Below are positions 40,276 through 49,583 of a DNA stretch of 64,000 nucleotides, piece by piece. The translations under genes were made by a program, and so were the position numbers. The notes beneath the pieces were generated by a model. That model made no database searches. It worked only from the letters and a program-made list of their open reading frames with translations, and had not been told where the DNA came from. This DNA comes from Oscillospiraceae bacterium (GTDB lineage Bacteria; Bacillota; Clostridia; Oscillospirales; Ruminococcaceae): the NCBI GenBank assembly GCA_028689635.1, contig JAQVCU010000005.1, positions 4,791 through 68,790 on the forward strand, in the 5' to 3' direction. Within the stretch, counting starts at the first letter, position 1. Every line of letters starts with the position of its first letter.

Positions 40276-41733
40276 TCACCTCGGGCCAGCGCCGTCTTTC
40301 CAGTCGATATCCAGAACGGCAATGGCTTCTTTTCTGTCGATGTTGCGGATATGGTGGACGCGGCGGTTTTCCGCCGAAGAATATATTTTGACGTCGCAGC
40401 GGTCATCCAGCTTTTGGATGGGGCTTTGGCGCAGATAGACGAAGGTGACGTGTTCCCGGGGGAGCATGACGGTGTGCAGGCTGTAGCCGCTGGAATAGCG
40501 CAGGGTGTAACAGTCCCCCGTCCGGCCGAGGCCGGAGGAGGAGAAGTCGATCAGGCGCACAGTGAGAAACCAGTAGGCGGGGACCGAGGCCATGAGCCCG
40601 GCAAAAAGGGTGAAATCCGCCCAGTCGGGAAAACGGGAGATCAAAAACCAGGTGGCGGCGGGCAACAGCAGGCAGGGCCATAAAGCGTCCATGACAAACC
40701 GCATCCAGGCCCCGAAATTGGGCTTTGCCTGCCGGGGGGAAAGGCAAAATTCCGGCAGGACAAGCTGCAGCTGCCGCATCATCTGAGGCCAGCGGCAGGC
40801 GGGGATCACCGCGGTGACGTCGTCCTTTGCCTTGCCGTAACCCACGGCGTGGATAAAAGCGGAATGAAGGCCAAGAATGCGGGAGAGCACCGTCTGCCGG
40901 ATATCCACAAAATTAATATCCCGTACTTGCACGGAATAGGAGCGGTTGGTAAGACAGCCGCCCTCAATGGAGAGTAGATCCCGGTCCCGGCAGATCCGGA
41001 AGGGGATATGGCGGATCAGGTTCCGCACGAAGGTAAACAGCCAGCCGAACAGCAGCAGATAAGCCAGGGCGGCGGTGGCGGGGGGCAGGCCCCAGGCCAT
41101 GGCCTTGGTAAAACGCTCAAAGGTACCGTAGATGCGGTCGGAAAACTCCTCCCCCAAAAGGGAACCGGTTTGGGAGATAAAGGTGGAAAAAAACACGACG
41201 CCGGCCAGAGAACTGGAAAGGGCCGCCGAGAGAAAGGCGATGGAGAGCTTTCCGGGGCGCAGCTCCCGTTTGGCCCAGCCCTCCCGGGCCAGGAAAAGCT
41301 GCCGGTCCTCAAAGATCTCCCGGGCACGGCGGCGGCTAAGGGTAAGGGAAAGGTCGGTTTGCTCCACGCCCCCGGCCAGAGTATCCGCCCGCAGCAAAAC
41401 GGCGCCAAAGGGCTTTAGGTAGAAGGGGCGCACCACGGAAAGGGTGGTGACGCGCTGGCGGGGGATGCAAAAGCACCGGCGGAAAAGCACGCCGCTTTCC
41501 ACCGAGAGGCCCTGGGGCAGCAGCTGATAGGTGAGACACCACCACTGCAAGAAGGCCAGGACAAAAATAGAAAGCAGGCTTAGCACGTCCATCCAGGCGC
41601 CGCCGAGCCAGTCCAGCAGGCTGCCGCCGGTGGCGGCGGCCCAGGCGCCGCGCAGCACGGGCAGGATGAGCAGAAAAAGAAACCGCCAAACAAACTGGGC
41701 CAGCATAATGGGGTGGGAACGCCGCTTTTTCAT
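40276..41733 (-). CDS. membrane protein with repeated bacterial PH (bPH_2) domains, YdbT-like
   Basis: 485-aa ORF with alternating TM hairpins and PH-like segments. It overlaps the upstream YdbS-like gene by 4 nt, the usual ydbS-ydbT arrangement. Confidence 0.65.
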   Translation of the reverse strand: MKKRRSHPIMLAQFVWRFLFLLILPVLRGAWAAATGGSLLDWLGGAWMDVLSLLSIFVLAFLQWWCLTYQLLPQGLSVESGVLFRRCFCIPRQRVTTLSVVRPFYLKPFGAVLLRADTLAGGVEQTDLSLTLSRRRAREIFEDRQLFLAREGWAKRELRPGKLSIAFLSAALSSSLAGVVFFSTFISQTGSLLGEEFSDRIYGTFERFTKAMAWGLPPATAALAYLLLFGWLFTFVRNLIRHIPFRICRDRDLLSIEGGCLTNRSYSVQVRDINFVDIRQTVLSRILGLHSAFIHAVGYGKAKDDVTAVIPACRWPQMMRQLQLVLPEFCLSPRQAKPNFGAWMRFVMDALWPCLLLPAATWFLISRFPDWADFTLFAGLMASVPAYWFLTVRLIDFSSSGLGRTGDCYTLRYSSGYSLHTVMLPREHVTFVYLRQSPIQKLDDRCDVKIYSSAENRRVHHIRNIDRKEAIAVLDIDWKDGAGPR

Positions 41734-42197
41734 GAAAAAGCCTCCCCCGGATCCGGCGTTAGCGCTGAGGAGAGAAGGGCGCAGGTCTGTTTTTCCAGGG
41801 CGGGCAGATACAAGGTGCCCCCCGCCGCATGGATCAGCAGGCCGCTTACCCCCAAAAGGCGGCAGAGCGGCGTCTCAAAGGAGGAAAGGTACTGGATGTT
41901 GGCAAGGCTGATGGAACGGCGGGTGCGGTAAAAAACGCCGCCGTGTACCACCAGGATCCCACGGCCCACCGCGTAGGTAAGCTTTTTGTATTTCACGGGG
42001 AAATAAAAGCTGTAAAAAAACAGAAAGGCAAGGATCAGGATTCCGGCGAAGATCGACCACAAAAGGGAAAACGGCTCCAGCAGAAGAGAGAGCAGAAAGG
42101 AGAGGGGCAGGGCGGCGGCGCACAGGCGCACCCGCCACAGAAGCAGCGCCCGCCGGGAAATATGTTTGGCTTCCATAAGGCTCCTCCTTCGCTGCAA
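41730..42197 (-). CDS. PH-domain membrane protein, YdbS-like
   Basis: 155-aa ORF with two TM helices followed by a bPH_2-like domain. It is translationally coupled to the YdbT-like gene. Confidence 0.6.
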   Translation of the reverse strand: MQRRRSLMEAKHISRRALLLWRVRLCAAALPLSFLLSLLLEPFSLLWSIFAGILILAFLFFYSFYFPVKYKKLTYAVGRGILVVHGGVFYRTRRSISLANIQYLSSFETPLCRLLGVSGLLIHAAGGTLYLPALEKQTCALLSSALTPDPGEAFS

Positions 42198-42210
42198 AAT
42201 CGGGCGGCTG

Positions 42211-44370
42211 TCAGCAGACGGCCGGCGACTTCGGCGGTTTCATGGTAAGGGAAATGCGTTTTTTCTTCTCGTCCACGCCCAGCACCCAGACCTTGACGAT
42301 ATCCCCCACCTTCAGCATTTCGGAGGGATGGCGGATAAAGCGGTCGCAGATCTGGGAGATGTGCACCAGGCCGTCCTCGTGGACGCCGATGTCCACAAAC
42401 GCGCCAAAATCGATGACGTTGCGCACGGTGCCCGTGAGCTCCATTCCCTCCCGAAGATCCGAAAGGGACATGACGTCGGTGCGCAGAAGGGGCTTTGGCA
42501 GCTCGTCGCGGGGGTCTCGTCCGGGCTTTTGCAGCTCGGCGATGATATCCCGCAGGGTGGGGACGCCCACGCCGGTTTGGGCCGAGAGAGAGGAAAGGCC
42601 CAGGACGTCAGCTTTTTCCTTCAGGTCGCGCAGGCCGCCGCTGGCATCCCGCAGGGAATAGCCGCAGGCGGCCAGCAGGGCCTTGGCCGCCTCGTAGCTT
42701 TCCGGATGCACGGCGGTGTTGTCTAGGGGGTCGGCGCTTTCCGGCACCCGGATAAAACCGGCGCATTGCTCAAAGGCTTTTTTTCCGAGTTTTGGCACCT
42801 TAAGAAGCTCCTTGCGGCTGTGAAAACTGCCGTTTTCCTCCCGGTAGGCCACGATATTTTTGGCCACCGTCCCATTGACCCCGGCCACCCGGCCCAAAAG
42901 GGAATAGGAAGCGGTGTTGAGATCTACCCCCACCGAGTTGACGCAGGATTCTACCACGCCGCCCAGGGTCTCGTCCATGCGGGCCCGGGGCATATCGTGC
43001 TGATACTGCCCCACGCCGATGGCCTTGGGATCGATCTTGACCAACTCCGCCAAAGGGTCTTGCAGGCGGCGCGCAATGGAGACGGCGCTGCGCAGGGAGA
43101 CGTCGTAATCCGGAAACTCCTCCGCCGCCAGTTTGGAGGCGGAATACACCGAAGCGCCCGCCTCGCTGACCACCATATAAGAGACTTTTTGCGGAAGGGA
43201 GTGGATCAGCTCCGCCACAAACTCCTCCGATTCGTGGGAGGCGGTGCCGTTGCCGATGGAGATCACCGAGACCCCATATTTCTCGATCAGCCGGGTGAGG
43301 GTGCGGGCCGCTTCCTCCTTCTTTTTCTGGGGAGGGGTGGGATAAACCACCGTGGTTTCCAACACCTTGCCGTTTTGGTCTACCACGGCGATCTTGCAGC
43401 CGGTACGGTAGGCGGGGTCAAGCCCCAGGGTGACGGCGTTTTTCACCGGCGGCTGCATCAAAAGCTGGCGCAGGTTGACGCCGAAGACCCGAATAGCGGC
43501 CTCGGCGGCGGCGTCGGTCAGGGCGCCGCGCAGTTCCCGTTCCAGGGAGGGGAAGATCAGGCGGGTAAAGGCGTCGGCCCCTGCGGCCCGCACAAAATTG
43601 CCGCAAGGGGACATATTGCGCACAAACGCTTTGACGATGACAGGCTGGCAGCGGGCTTCGTCCGCCTCCACCGATACTTTTAAAAAGCCCTCCCGCTCTC
43701 CCCGGTCGATGGCCAGGACCCGGTGGCCGGGGATCTTGGAGACGGGCTCGGAATATTCATAATACATGCGATAGACTGAATCCTCGTCCCCGGCGGCAAC
43801 GGTTTTGATCTGGGCCGTTTTCCACAAAAGCTCCCGCAGCTCCCGGCGCACCTCTGCCGAATCGGAGATCGTCTCGGCGATGATATCGGAAGCGCCCTGC
43901 AGGGCGTCCTCCGCCGTGGGGACTTCTTTTTCCGCGTCCACATAAGGGGCGGCCATGGCCGCCGGATCCCCGTGGACAGGCTGCTCCAAAATGGCCTGGG
44001 CCAGGCCCTCCAGCCCCCGCTCCTTTGCCACAGAAGCGCGGGTGCGCCGCCGCGGCTTATACGGACGGTAGAGATCCTCCAGCTCCGCCAGGGTCTTGGC
44101 GGCGGAAAGGGCCTGGGCCAGTTCCGGCGTCATTTTTTCCTGGCTTTCAATAGAGGCGGAGACCTCCTCCCGGCGTTTTTCCAGACCGCGCAGGTATTCC
44201 AGCCGCTCAGAGAGCTCCCGCAGCACCTGGTCGTCCAGGGATCCGGTCATCTCTTTGCGGTAGCGGGCGATAAAGGGCACAGTGTTGCCATCGTCCAAAA
44301 GGCTGACGGCGCTTTCCACCTGGGTGGGTTTTAGCTTGAGTTCGTCGGCGAGTTGTCTGATCAGATCCAA
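42211..44370 (-). CDS. tex: Tex-family RNA-binding transcription accessory protein
   Basis: 719-aa ORF starting MDLIRQLADELKLKPTQVESAVSLLDDGNTVPFIARYRKEMTG, the Tex N-terminus. A YqgF-like and HhH region is present, with a C-terminal S1 domain (GTVRNVIDFGAFVDIGVHEDGLVHISQ). Confidence 0.93.
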   Translation of the reverse strand: MDLIRQLADELKLKPTQVESAVSLLDDGNTVPFIARYRKEMTGSLDDQVLRELSERLEYLRGLEKRREEVSASIESQEKMTPELAQALSAAKTLAELEDLYRPYKPRRRTRASVAKERGLEGLAQAILEQPVHGDPAAMAAPYVDAEKEVPTAEDALQGASDIIAETISDSAEVRRELRELLWKTAQIKTVAAGDEDSVYRMYYEYSEPVSKIPGHRVLAIDRGEREGFLKVSVEADEARCQPVIVKAFVRNMSPCGNFVRAAGADAFTRLIFPSLERELRGALTDAAAEAAIRVFGVNLRQLLMQPPVKNAVTLGLDPAYRTGCKIAVVDQNGKVLETTVVYPTPPQKKKEEAARTLTRLIEKYGVSVISIGNGTASHESEEFVAELIHSLPQKVSYMVVSEAGASVYSASKLAAEEFPDYDVSLRSAVSIARRLQDPLAELVKIDPKAIGVGQYQHDMPRARMDETLGGVVESCVNSVGVDLNTASYSLLGRVAGVNGTVAKNIVAYREENGSFHSRKELLKVPKLGKKAFEQCAGFIRVPESADPLDNTAVHPESYEAAKALLAACGYSLRDASGGLRDLKEKADVLGLSSLSAQTGVGVPTLRDIIAELQKPGRDPRDELPKPLLRTDVMSLSDLREGMELTGTVRNVIDFGAFVDIGVHEDGLVHISQICDRFIRHPSEMLKVGDIVKVWVLGVDEKKKRISLTMKPPKSPAVC

Positions 44371-44408
44371 AACGTTACTTCCTTATCGTTAAATTTCATG
44401 GGGCGGGG

Positions 44409-44573
44409 AAAAGGCCATTGGCCGTGGCCATAGGGCGGCCATAGCGATTGGGCATAATAACCGCTTTGCGGTTATTATATCATAAGCGCGAAGCGCAAAT
44501 GGGATAATTGGCCATGCCCATAGGGCGGCCATAAAAATCAAATATAATAATTGCTTTGCGGTTATTATATCAT
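44409..44573. repeat. composite palindromic intergenic repeat, copy 2 (two hairpin units)
   Basis: Hairpins ATAATAACCGCTTTGCGGTTATTAT (44454..44478) and ATAATAATTGCTTTGCGGTTATTAT (44544..44568). They are joined by the same GCGCGAAGCGCAAATGGGATAATTGGCCATGCCCATAGGGCGGCCAT linker as at 28441..28635. Confidence 0.85.
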
Positions 44574-44605
44574 ATTTCCCAAGGAATTGGAAAAAAACCG
44601 CTGCG

Positions 44606-45919
44606 TTAAAAATCTCCGGCGGGAAAGGAAAGATACTCCGCCCGGATATCCGACGGAACCAAAGAGCCGCCGGTGGCCCAAACAATGTGGGCGCAGCCCT
44701 CCAGGAAACCGGAAAGGCCGCTTTGCGCCAACCAGTCCCCGCCTTTTTGGGCCAGGGCGGCGGGGCCGGCAAAAGCCGCGGCGGCCGAGGGCTCGATAAA
44801 GACGCCCTCGGTGCGATAAAGGGCCTGCAGATAGCGGTAGAGCCACTCGTCCCGCAGGGTAACGCAGCTGCGGACCCGGGTCTCCATCAGCGGGCAGACA
44901 AGCCCGGAGGGGCGGCCCACCGCAAGCCCGTCAGCCAGGGTTTTTCCGGAAAGCCCCAGATCCTGTACAGAGATCCCCTCCCCCAGGCCGGAGACAAGGC
45001 CGGCGGTGACGCAGGGGGCCTGGACGGGCTCGGCAAAGAAGCAATGGACAAAGGGGCCAAAGGCCTGGCGCAGGCCATAGGTAATGCCGCCCGGGGCGCC
45101 GCCAACGCCGCAGGGGATGGTGACAAACAGGGGATGCCGCGCGTCCACGGGGACATTAAGCTCCTCCAGCTGCCGGCGCAGGCGGCGGGCCGCCACGGCA
45201 TAGCCCAAAAACAAATTGAGGGAATGCTCGTCATCTACAAAATAGCTGGCGGAGTCCTGCCGGGAGGCAAGGCGTCCCGCTGCCACCGCCGCGCCGTAAT
45301 CGCCGGAATATTCCACCACAAAGACGCCGTTTTGGCGAAGAAGATCCTTTTTCCATTGCCGGGCGTCGCTGGACATATGTACCACAGTGCGAAAGCCCAG
45401 CTTTGCGCTCATGATGCCGATGGAGAGCCCCAGGTTTCCCGTGGAGCCCACCTGGACCGAATAGCGGGAGAAAAAATCGCGGGCCCCGGAGAGCTTTTGA
45501 TAGTTGTCGCCAGGGCGCAGCACGCCATGCCGCAGGGCCAGCTCCTCCGCATGGCACAGCACCTCATAGATCCCGCCCCGGGCCTTGACCGAGCCCGCCG
45601 CCGCCAGATCCCCATCCATTTTGAGCAGCAGACGTCCGGCGGGCATCCTCCCCGCCTGGCGCAGCAGGGCCTCCATGGTCGGAATAGCCCGCAAGGGGGA
45701 TTCGATGATCCCGCCGCAGGTGGCGGTTTCCGGGAAGGCCGTGGCGAGGTAGGGCGCAAAGCGATCCAGCCGCGCGGCGGCTTCGTCCACGTCGGCGGGG
45801 GAGACGTTTTCGCCGGCGGGGGGATCTTCTCCGCAATGGGGATTGAGCCAAAAAACCTCCTCCCCGCGGGAAATCTGCCGCAGCACCGGGTTTTGTTCTA
45901 TCTCTTTTTTCCAATCCAT
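44606..45919 (-). CDS. dsdA: D-serine ammonia-lyase
   Basis: 437-aa ORF that looks collinear with E. coli DsdA as I recall it (RFAPYLATAFPETATCGGIIES, GSVKARGGIYEV, VGSTGNLGLSIGIMSA, LVWATGG). Confidence 0.88.
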   Translation of the reverse strand: MDWKKEIEQNPVLRQISRGEEVFWLNPHCGEDPPAGENVSPADVDEAAARLDRFAPYLATAFPETATCGGIIESPLRAIPTMEALLRQAGRMPAGRLLLKMDGDLAAAGSVKARGGIYEVLCHAEELALRHGVLRPGDNYQKLSGARDFFSRYSVQVGSTGNLGLSIGIMSAKLGFRTVVHMSSDARQWKKDLLRQNGVFVVEYSGDYGAAVAAGRLASRQDSASYFVDDEHSLNLFLGYAVAARRLRRQLEELNVPVDARHPLFVTIPCGVGGAPGGITYGLRQAFGPFVHCFFAEPVQAPCVTAGLVSGLGEGISVQDLGLSGKTLADGLAVGRPSGLVCPLMETRVRSCVTLRDEWLYRYLQALYRTEGVFIEPSAAAAFAGPAALAQKGGDWLAQSGLSGFLEGCAHIVWATGGSLVPSDIRAEYLSFPAGDF

Positions 45920-46068
45920 CGAGCGTATGACCTCCTGTATATGCGCAAAGCGCCGAAATTTCCCATTGCCGCCGCCAAATTTCGTGGATTTCTGGCGGCG
46001 CAGGCGCTTTTGTGCTATGATAATCCAGAAAACAAAAATGAACGCCCCACCAAGGGCGGAACGGGCAG

Positions 46069-46521
46069 ATGAATAGAATGATCAACATTAGAACCATGAC
46101 GGCGGAGGACTACGACGCGGCGTACAGCCTTTGGCTGAACACGCCTGGCATGGGCCTTAACGACCTGGACGATTCCCGGGAGGGGATCGGCCGGTATCTG
46201 GAAAGGAACCCGCGCACCTGTTTTGTGGCGGAGGAGGGCGGCGTCCTTGTCGGGGTGATCCTCAGCGGGCACGACGGGCGGCGCGGGGTGATCTATCACA
46301 CGGCGGTGGCCGGGGAGCGGCAGCGCTGCGGCATAGGCGGCGCCCTGGTGGATCACGCCATGGAGGCGCTGCGCTGGGAAGGGATCCACAAGGTGCTGCT
46401 TGTGGTGTTTGAAAGGAACGAAAAGGGCAACGCCTTTTGGGAAAAACAGGGCTTTACCCGCCGCACCGACCTTGTCTACCGCAACCGGGCCATAGACGAG
46501 ATGATCCGCATTGACACCTGA
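46069..46521 (+). CDS. GNAT-family N-acetyltransferase
   Basis: 150-aa ORF with an acetyl-CoA binding R/QxxGxG/A motif (RQRCGIGGALVDHA). Confidence 0.8.
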   Translation: MNRMINIRTMTAEDYDAAYSLWLNTPGMGLNDLDDSREGIGRYLERNPRTCFVAEEGGVLVGVILSGHDGRRGVIYHTAVAGERQRCGIGGALVDHAMEALRWEGIHKVLLVVFERNEKGNAFWEKQGFTRRTDLVYRNRAIDEMIRIDT

Positions 46522-46568
46522 CGGCCCGGTTTCACGCGCGATGCATAGGTAAATATTAACTGGATTTT

Positions 46569-46590
46569 GGCCAAGCGCTTGGCCATTTTT
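46569..46590 (+). terminator. rho-independent terminator after the GNAT gene
   Basis: Perfect 16-bp palindrome GGCCAAGCGCTTGGCC followed by ATTTTT. Confidence 0.65.
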
Positions 46591-46702
46591 ACCCGCCGGT
46601 TTCATGCGCGATGCACATGGGAATATTGTACCACAACCGCCGGGCGCAGGACAGGCCCCGCCGCGGGAAAACCGCAGATTTTTCCAGAGAGGATGTTACC
46701 AT

Positions 46703-47653
46703 TTGAAAAATTCCAAGATCGGATATGTCTATATCCTGGTGGTGGCGTTTTTGTTCAGCACCATGGAGATCGTCCTGAAGACGATGTCCGGCAGCTTCAA
46801 CCCGGTGCAGCTGACCTTTTCCCGCTTCTTTATCGGCGGACTGGTGTTGCTGCCCTTTGCTTTGCGCAAGATCCGCCGGGGCGGGCTCCGCTTTGCGCGA
46901 AAGGATTGGGCGATCTTTGCTTTTTTGGGCTTTTTGGGCATGACGGTCAGCATGACCCTATACCAGATCGGCGTGGCGCATATCAAGGCCTCTACAGCGG
47001 CCATTTTGTTCAGCAGCAACCCGGTGTTTGTGGCCTTGCTGGCCCTGCTGATCCTTCGGGAGCCCATTGGAAAGCCGCAGCTGCTGGCCCTGGCGTTCGA
47101 TGTGATCGGCGTGCTGATCATCGTCAATCCCTTTGGGGAACCGATGGGTTTCTACGGTGTGGGCATGGTGCTGGCCGGGACGGCCATCTTCGCGCTGTAC
47201 AGCGTGTTGGGCAAGCGCAGCTGCGGGCGGTATGGCGGCCTGGTGGTCACCTGTATGGGGTTCCTTTTCGGAAGCCTGGAGATGATAGCCTTTTCCGCCC
47301 TCACTCACATTCCGGCGGTGGCGCAGGCGTTTTCTGCCGCCGGGATGGAGACCTTCGCCCGCATCCCGTTTTTCCAGGGGCATACCCTGGCGCTGCTTCC
47401 CGGCTTTTTGTATGTCTGCATCGGCGTCACCGGCCTGGGATTTTTCTGCTATTTTAAGGCGATGGAAGAGACTTCCGCCGTGACGGCGTCATTGGTTTTC
47501 TTCCTCAAACCCGTGCTGTCCCCCATTTTGGCCCTGCTCCTGATCGGGGAAAAGATCTCTCTGCAGACGGTTATCGGCGTGGCGCTGATCTTTATCGGCT
47601 CCATGGCGTCCATGATCCCGGGCCTGCTTGCGGGAAGAAAGAAGGCCGCCTGA
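46703..47653 (+). CDS. DMT-superfamily (EamA-like) transporter
   Basis: The ORF in the track is 46604..47653. The likely TTG start at 46703 follows GAGAGGA, giving (M)KNSKIGYVYILVVAFLFSTMEIVLK. It has ten predicted TM segments in two EamA repeats. Confidence 0.75.
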   Translation: MKNSKIGYVYILVVAFLFSTMEIVLKTMSGSFNPVQLTFSRFFIGGLVLLPFALRKIRRGGLRFARKDWAIFAFLGFLGMTVSMTLYQIGVAHIKASTAAILFSSNPVFVALLALLILREPIGKPQLLALAFDVIGVLIIVNPFGEPMGFYGVGMVLAGTAIFALYSVLGKRSCGRYGGLVVTCMGFLFGSLEMIAFSALTHIPAVAQAFSAAGMETFARIPFFQGHTLALLPGFLYVCIGVTGLGFFCYFKAMEETSAVTASLVFFLKPVLSPILALLLIGEKISLQTVIGVALIFIGSMASMIPGLLAGRKKAA

Positions 47654-47679
47654 CCCCCGGGCGCGTTAAACCGCAAAAA

Positions 47680-47714
47680 ACGCTTCGGCAACACTTGCCG
47701 AAGCGTTTTTTTTT
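47680..47714 (+). terminator. rho-independent terminator after the EamA-like gene
   Basis: ACGCTTCGGCAA-CAC-TTGCCGAAGCGT followed by TTTTTTTT. Confidence 0.85.
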
Positions 47715-47791
47715 GCCCGCGGGCGAAAGAGCAGCCCTGGGCAGGATCAGGTGCCCCTGTGCCGCGCGGGTTTCCCCGCCAGAGGGCGCGG

Positions 47792-48571
47792 TCAGTCCTC
47801 CACGATCCGGAGTAGGCCCATGGCTTCCAGGGAATCCACCGGGACGCCGTTTTGCAAAAACTCAAAATGCAGGTGAGGCTCCAGGGCGGCTTCGGCTAAA
47901 TTGGTATCCCCCACCAGGCCGACGGTATCCCCCGCCAGGACGATATCGCCCTCGATGACGGAGGTCTCCGCCGCCAGCCCGCAGCAGCGGCTGAGGGAGC
48001 CGTCCTCATGGGTGATCTCCACCACGCGGCCCCACATGGCGTCGTCCCCCACATGGGTCACGGTGCCGTCGGCCACAGCCCGCACAGGGGTGCCCAGGGC
48101 GGCCCGAATGTCCATCCCCTTGTGGGTGTGCCATTTGTCCAGGGTCTCATCCTTCACCAGCTCGCTGCCGCTGTAGGGGTTAAAAACGGTGTCCGCCACC
48201 GGCATAATATAAGACGGCGTCGGCGATTCTGGCAGAAGCGCCGGCTGTTCGAAGGGCTCGGGCGGTGGAGAAGAAGCCTCTTGCGAGGAGGGCGAGACGA
48301 AGGCCGCAGAAGGCGAGCTGGGCGAGACGGCGATGCCGGGCGTTTTTTGCTCCGCCGCCCGGGAGGAGGGAAGCCCGCCGGGCTCTTCCGAGCTTTGGCG
48401 GGAGGGCGTAGGGTTTTCCTCCGCACCGGTAATCGAGTGGATGGTTTTATCTGCGATGACCCAGGCCGCCGCCCCGGCGCCCACCAGGCAGGCCGCCAAG
48501 ACGCCGTAAAAGCCTTTTCCGGCCAGGAATTTTCCAAACCGGCTTTTATCAAAACCAGAATATCTGCTCAT
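47792..48571 (-). CDS. M23-family (LytM) metallopeptidase with N-terminal membrane anchor; possibly SpoIIQ-like
   Basis: 259-aa ORF with an N-terminal TM, a Pro/Ser-rich linker and LytM motifs HKGMD (HxxxD) and HLHFE (HxH). The SpoIIQ suggestion is only contextual. Confidence 0.75.
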   Translation of the reverse strand: MSRYSGFDKSRFGKFLAGKGFYGVLAACLVGAGAAAWVIADKTIHSITGAEENPTPSRQSSEEPGGLPSSRAAEQKTPGIAVSPSSPSAAFVSPSSQEASSPPPEPFEQPALLPESPTPSYIMPVADTVFNPYSGSELVKDETLDKWHTHKGMDIRAALGTPVRAVADGTVTHVGDDAMWGRVVEITHEDGSLSRCCGLAAETSVIEGDIVLAGDTVGLVGDTNLAEAALEPHLHFEFLQNGVPVDSLEAMGLLRIVED

Positions 48572-48807
48572 GTTTATAAACCTCCGTTTTCCGTTTGTTA
48601 CGGGCTCTGTTTGTCGTTATTTTTCACCGGGCGCAAAAGAATATACAGGGAAAGGGGCGAGGCCGAAAAAAATCATAAGCGTGCCCTCCCAAAAAAGCTG
48701 TGGTTGGCGGTATATTTCCTCCCGTTTGGCGAACGCTAATCCAAAGCGCGGGATACCGCGCAAAAAAACCGGCTGCAGCCGGGAAGGGAAGTGATGGCGC
48801 CGTGTCC

Positions 48808-49245
48808 ATGACGCCGGAAGAATACAAAAAAATGAGCGAAAAGGCCTCTCCGCCTTCGCCGATGGGGAAAAACCTGCTGCTGGCCTTTTTGGTGGGCGGG
48901 CTGATCTGCGCCGTGGGCCAGGGGATCCAGTGGGCGCTGCTGGAAAACGGCCTCTCCCGGGACGGAGCGGGCGCCGCGACTTCGGCGGTGCTGGTGTTTT
49001 TCAGTGCCCTGCTCACAGGGCTGCATCTATACGAAAAGCTGGCAAAGCACGCCGGGGCAGGAACCCTGGTGCCCATCACCGGCTTTGCCAACGCCATGGT
49101 CTCCCCGGCGCTGGAGTTTAAACGGGAGGGTTTTATCCTCGGCGTCGGCGTTAAAATGTTCTCCATCGCCGGGCCGGTGATCGTATATGGCGTTGCGGCC
49201 AGCGCGGTATATGGGCTGATTTTGGCGATATGGGGGGCGAAGTAG
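48808..49245 (+). CDS. spoVAC: stage V sporulation protein AC
   Basis: This is the C-terminal part of track ORF 48700..49245. The start is taken at the ATG at 48808, giving MTPEEYKKMSEKASPPSPMGKNLLLAFLVGGLICAVGQ...TLVPITGFANAMVSPALEFKREGFILGVG, which matches the SpoVAC pattern. Confidence 0.85.
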   Translation: MTPEEYKKMSEKASPPSPMGKNLLLAFLVGGLICAVGQGIQWALLENGLSRDGAGAATSAVLVFFSALLTGLHLYEKLAKHAGAGTLVPITGFANAMVSPALEFKREGFILGVGVKMFSIAGPVIVYGVAASAVYGLILAIWGAK

Positions 49246-49263
49246 GGCGTAAGGCTCTATAAA

Positions 49264-49300
49264 GCGGACGGCATTCGGCAAACTGCGGGCCGTCCGTTTT
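49264..49300 (+). terminator. candidate terminator after spoVAC
   Basis: GCGGACGGC-16-nt loop-GCCGTCCGT followed by TTTT. The loop is large, so confidence is moderate. Confidence 0.45.
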
Positions 49301-49380
49301 GTAGATGGCGGCCCTCGGCGGCCATCCCGATCCGGATCTAAATGGCTGCGCGCCGATGGATCCGGGAAAAGATACAGATA

Positions 49381-49474
49381 CAGAAACAGGGGCAGCGGAA
49401 ATGAAATTCCGCTGCCCCTGTTTCTGTCAAACAAATTTTCTATACCATATTTCAATCCACGCCCCACGGATTCG
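49381..49474 (-). ncRNA. putative CRISPR-repeat-like small RNA gene (degenerate repeat + pseudo-spacer + terminator hairpin; CreA/CreR-like)
   Basis: Minus strand 49474..49449 reads CGAATCCGTGGGGCGTGGATTGAAAT. Its last 17 nt equal the 3' end of array repeat variant B, and its last 14 nt equal variant A. This includes the whole 11-nt type I-C 5' handle. It is followed by ATGGTATAGAAAATTTGTTTGA (49448..49427). A perfect 20-bp-stem hairpin then follows (49426..49381) with a T-rich tail. Confidence 0.45.
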
Positions 49475-49500
49475 TTTTGTCACCGCACGACGACAGATAC

Positions 49501-49528
49501 AACATAACACATTCAAGAAAAAAAGCAA
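49501..49528 (-). promoter_or_regulatory. candidate promoter for the repeat-like RNA
   Basis: The minus strand reads TTGCTT (49528..49523), a 16-nt spacer, then TGtTATGTT (-10 at 49506..49501). It lies about 25-50 nt upstream of the degenerate repeat. Confidence 0.3.
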
Positions 49529-49543
49529 GATAAAATTTGTCGG

Positions 49544-49572
49544 TTGACAAAAGCCGCCTGCTTGTATATACT
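49544..49572 (+). promoter_or_regulatory. near-consensus sigma-A promoter pointing toward cas5c
   Basis: TTGACA (49544..49549), a 17-nt spacer, then TATACT (49567..49572). It lies 287 nt upstream of the cas5c ATG. Confidence 0.55.
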
Positions 49573-49583
49573 GTAGGCGAAAA

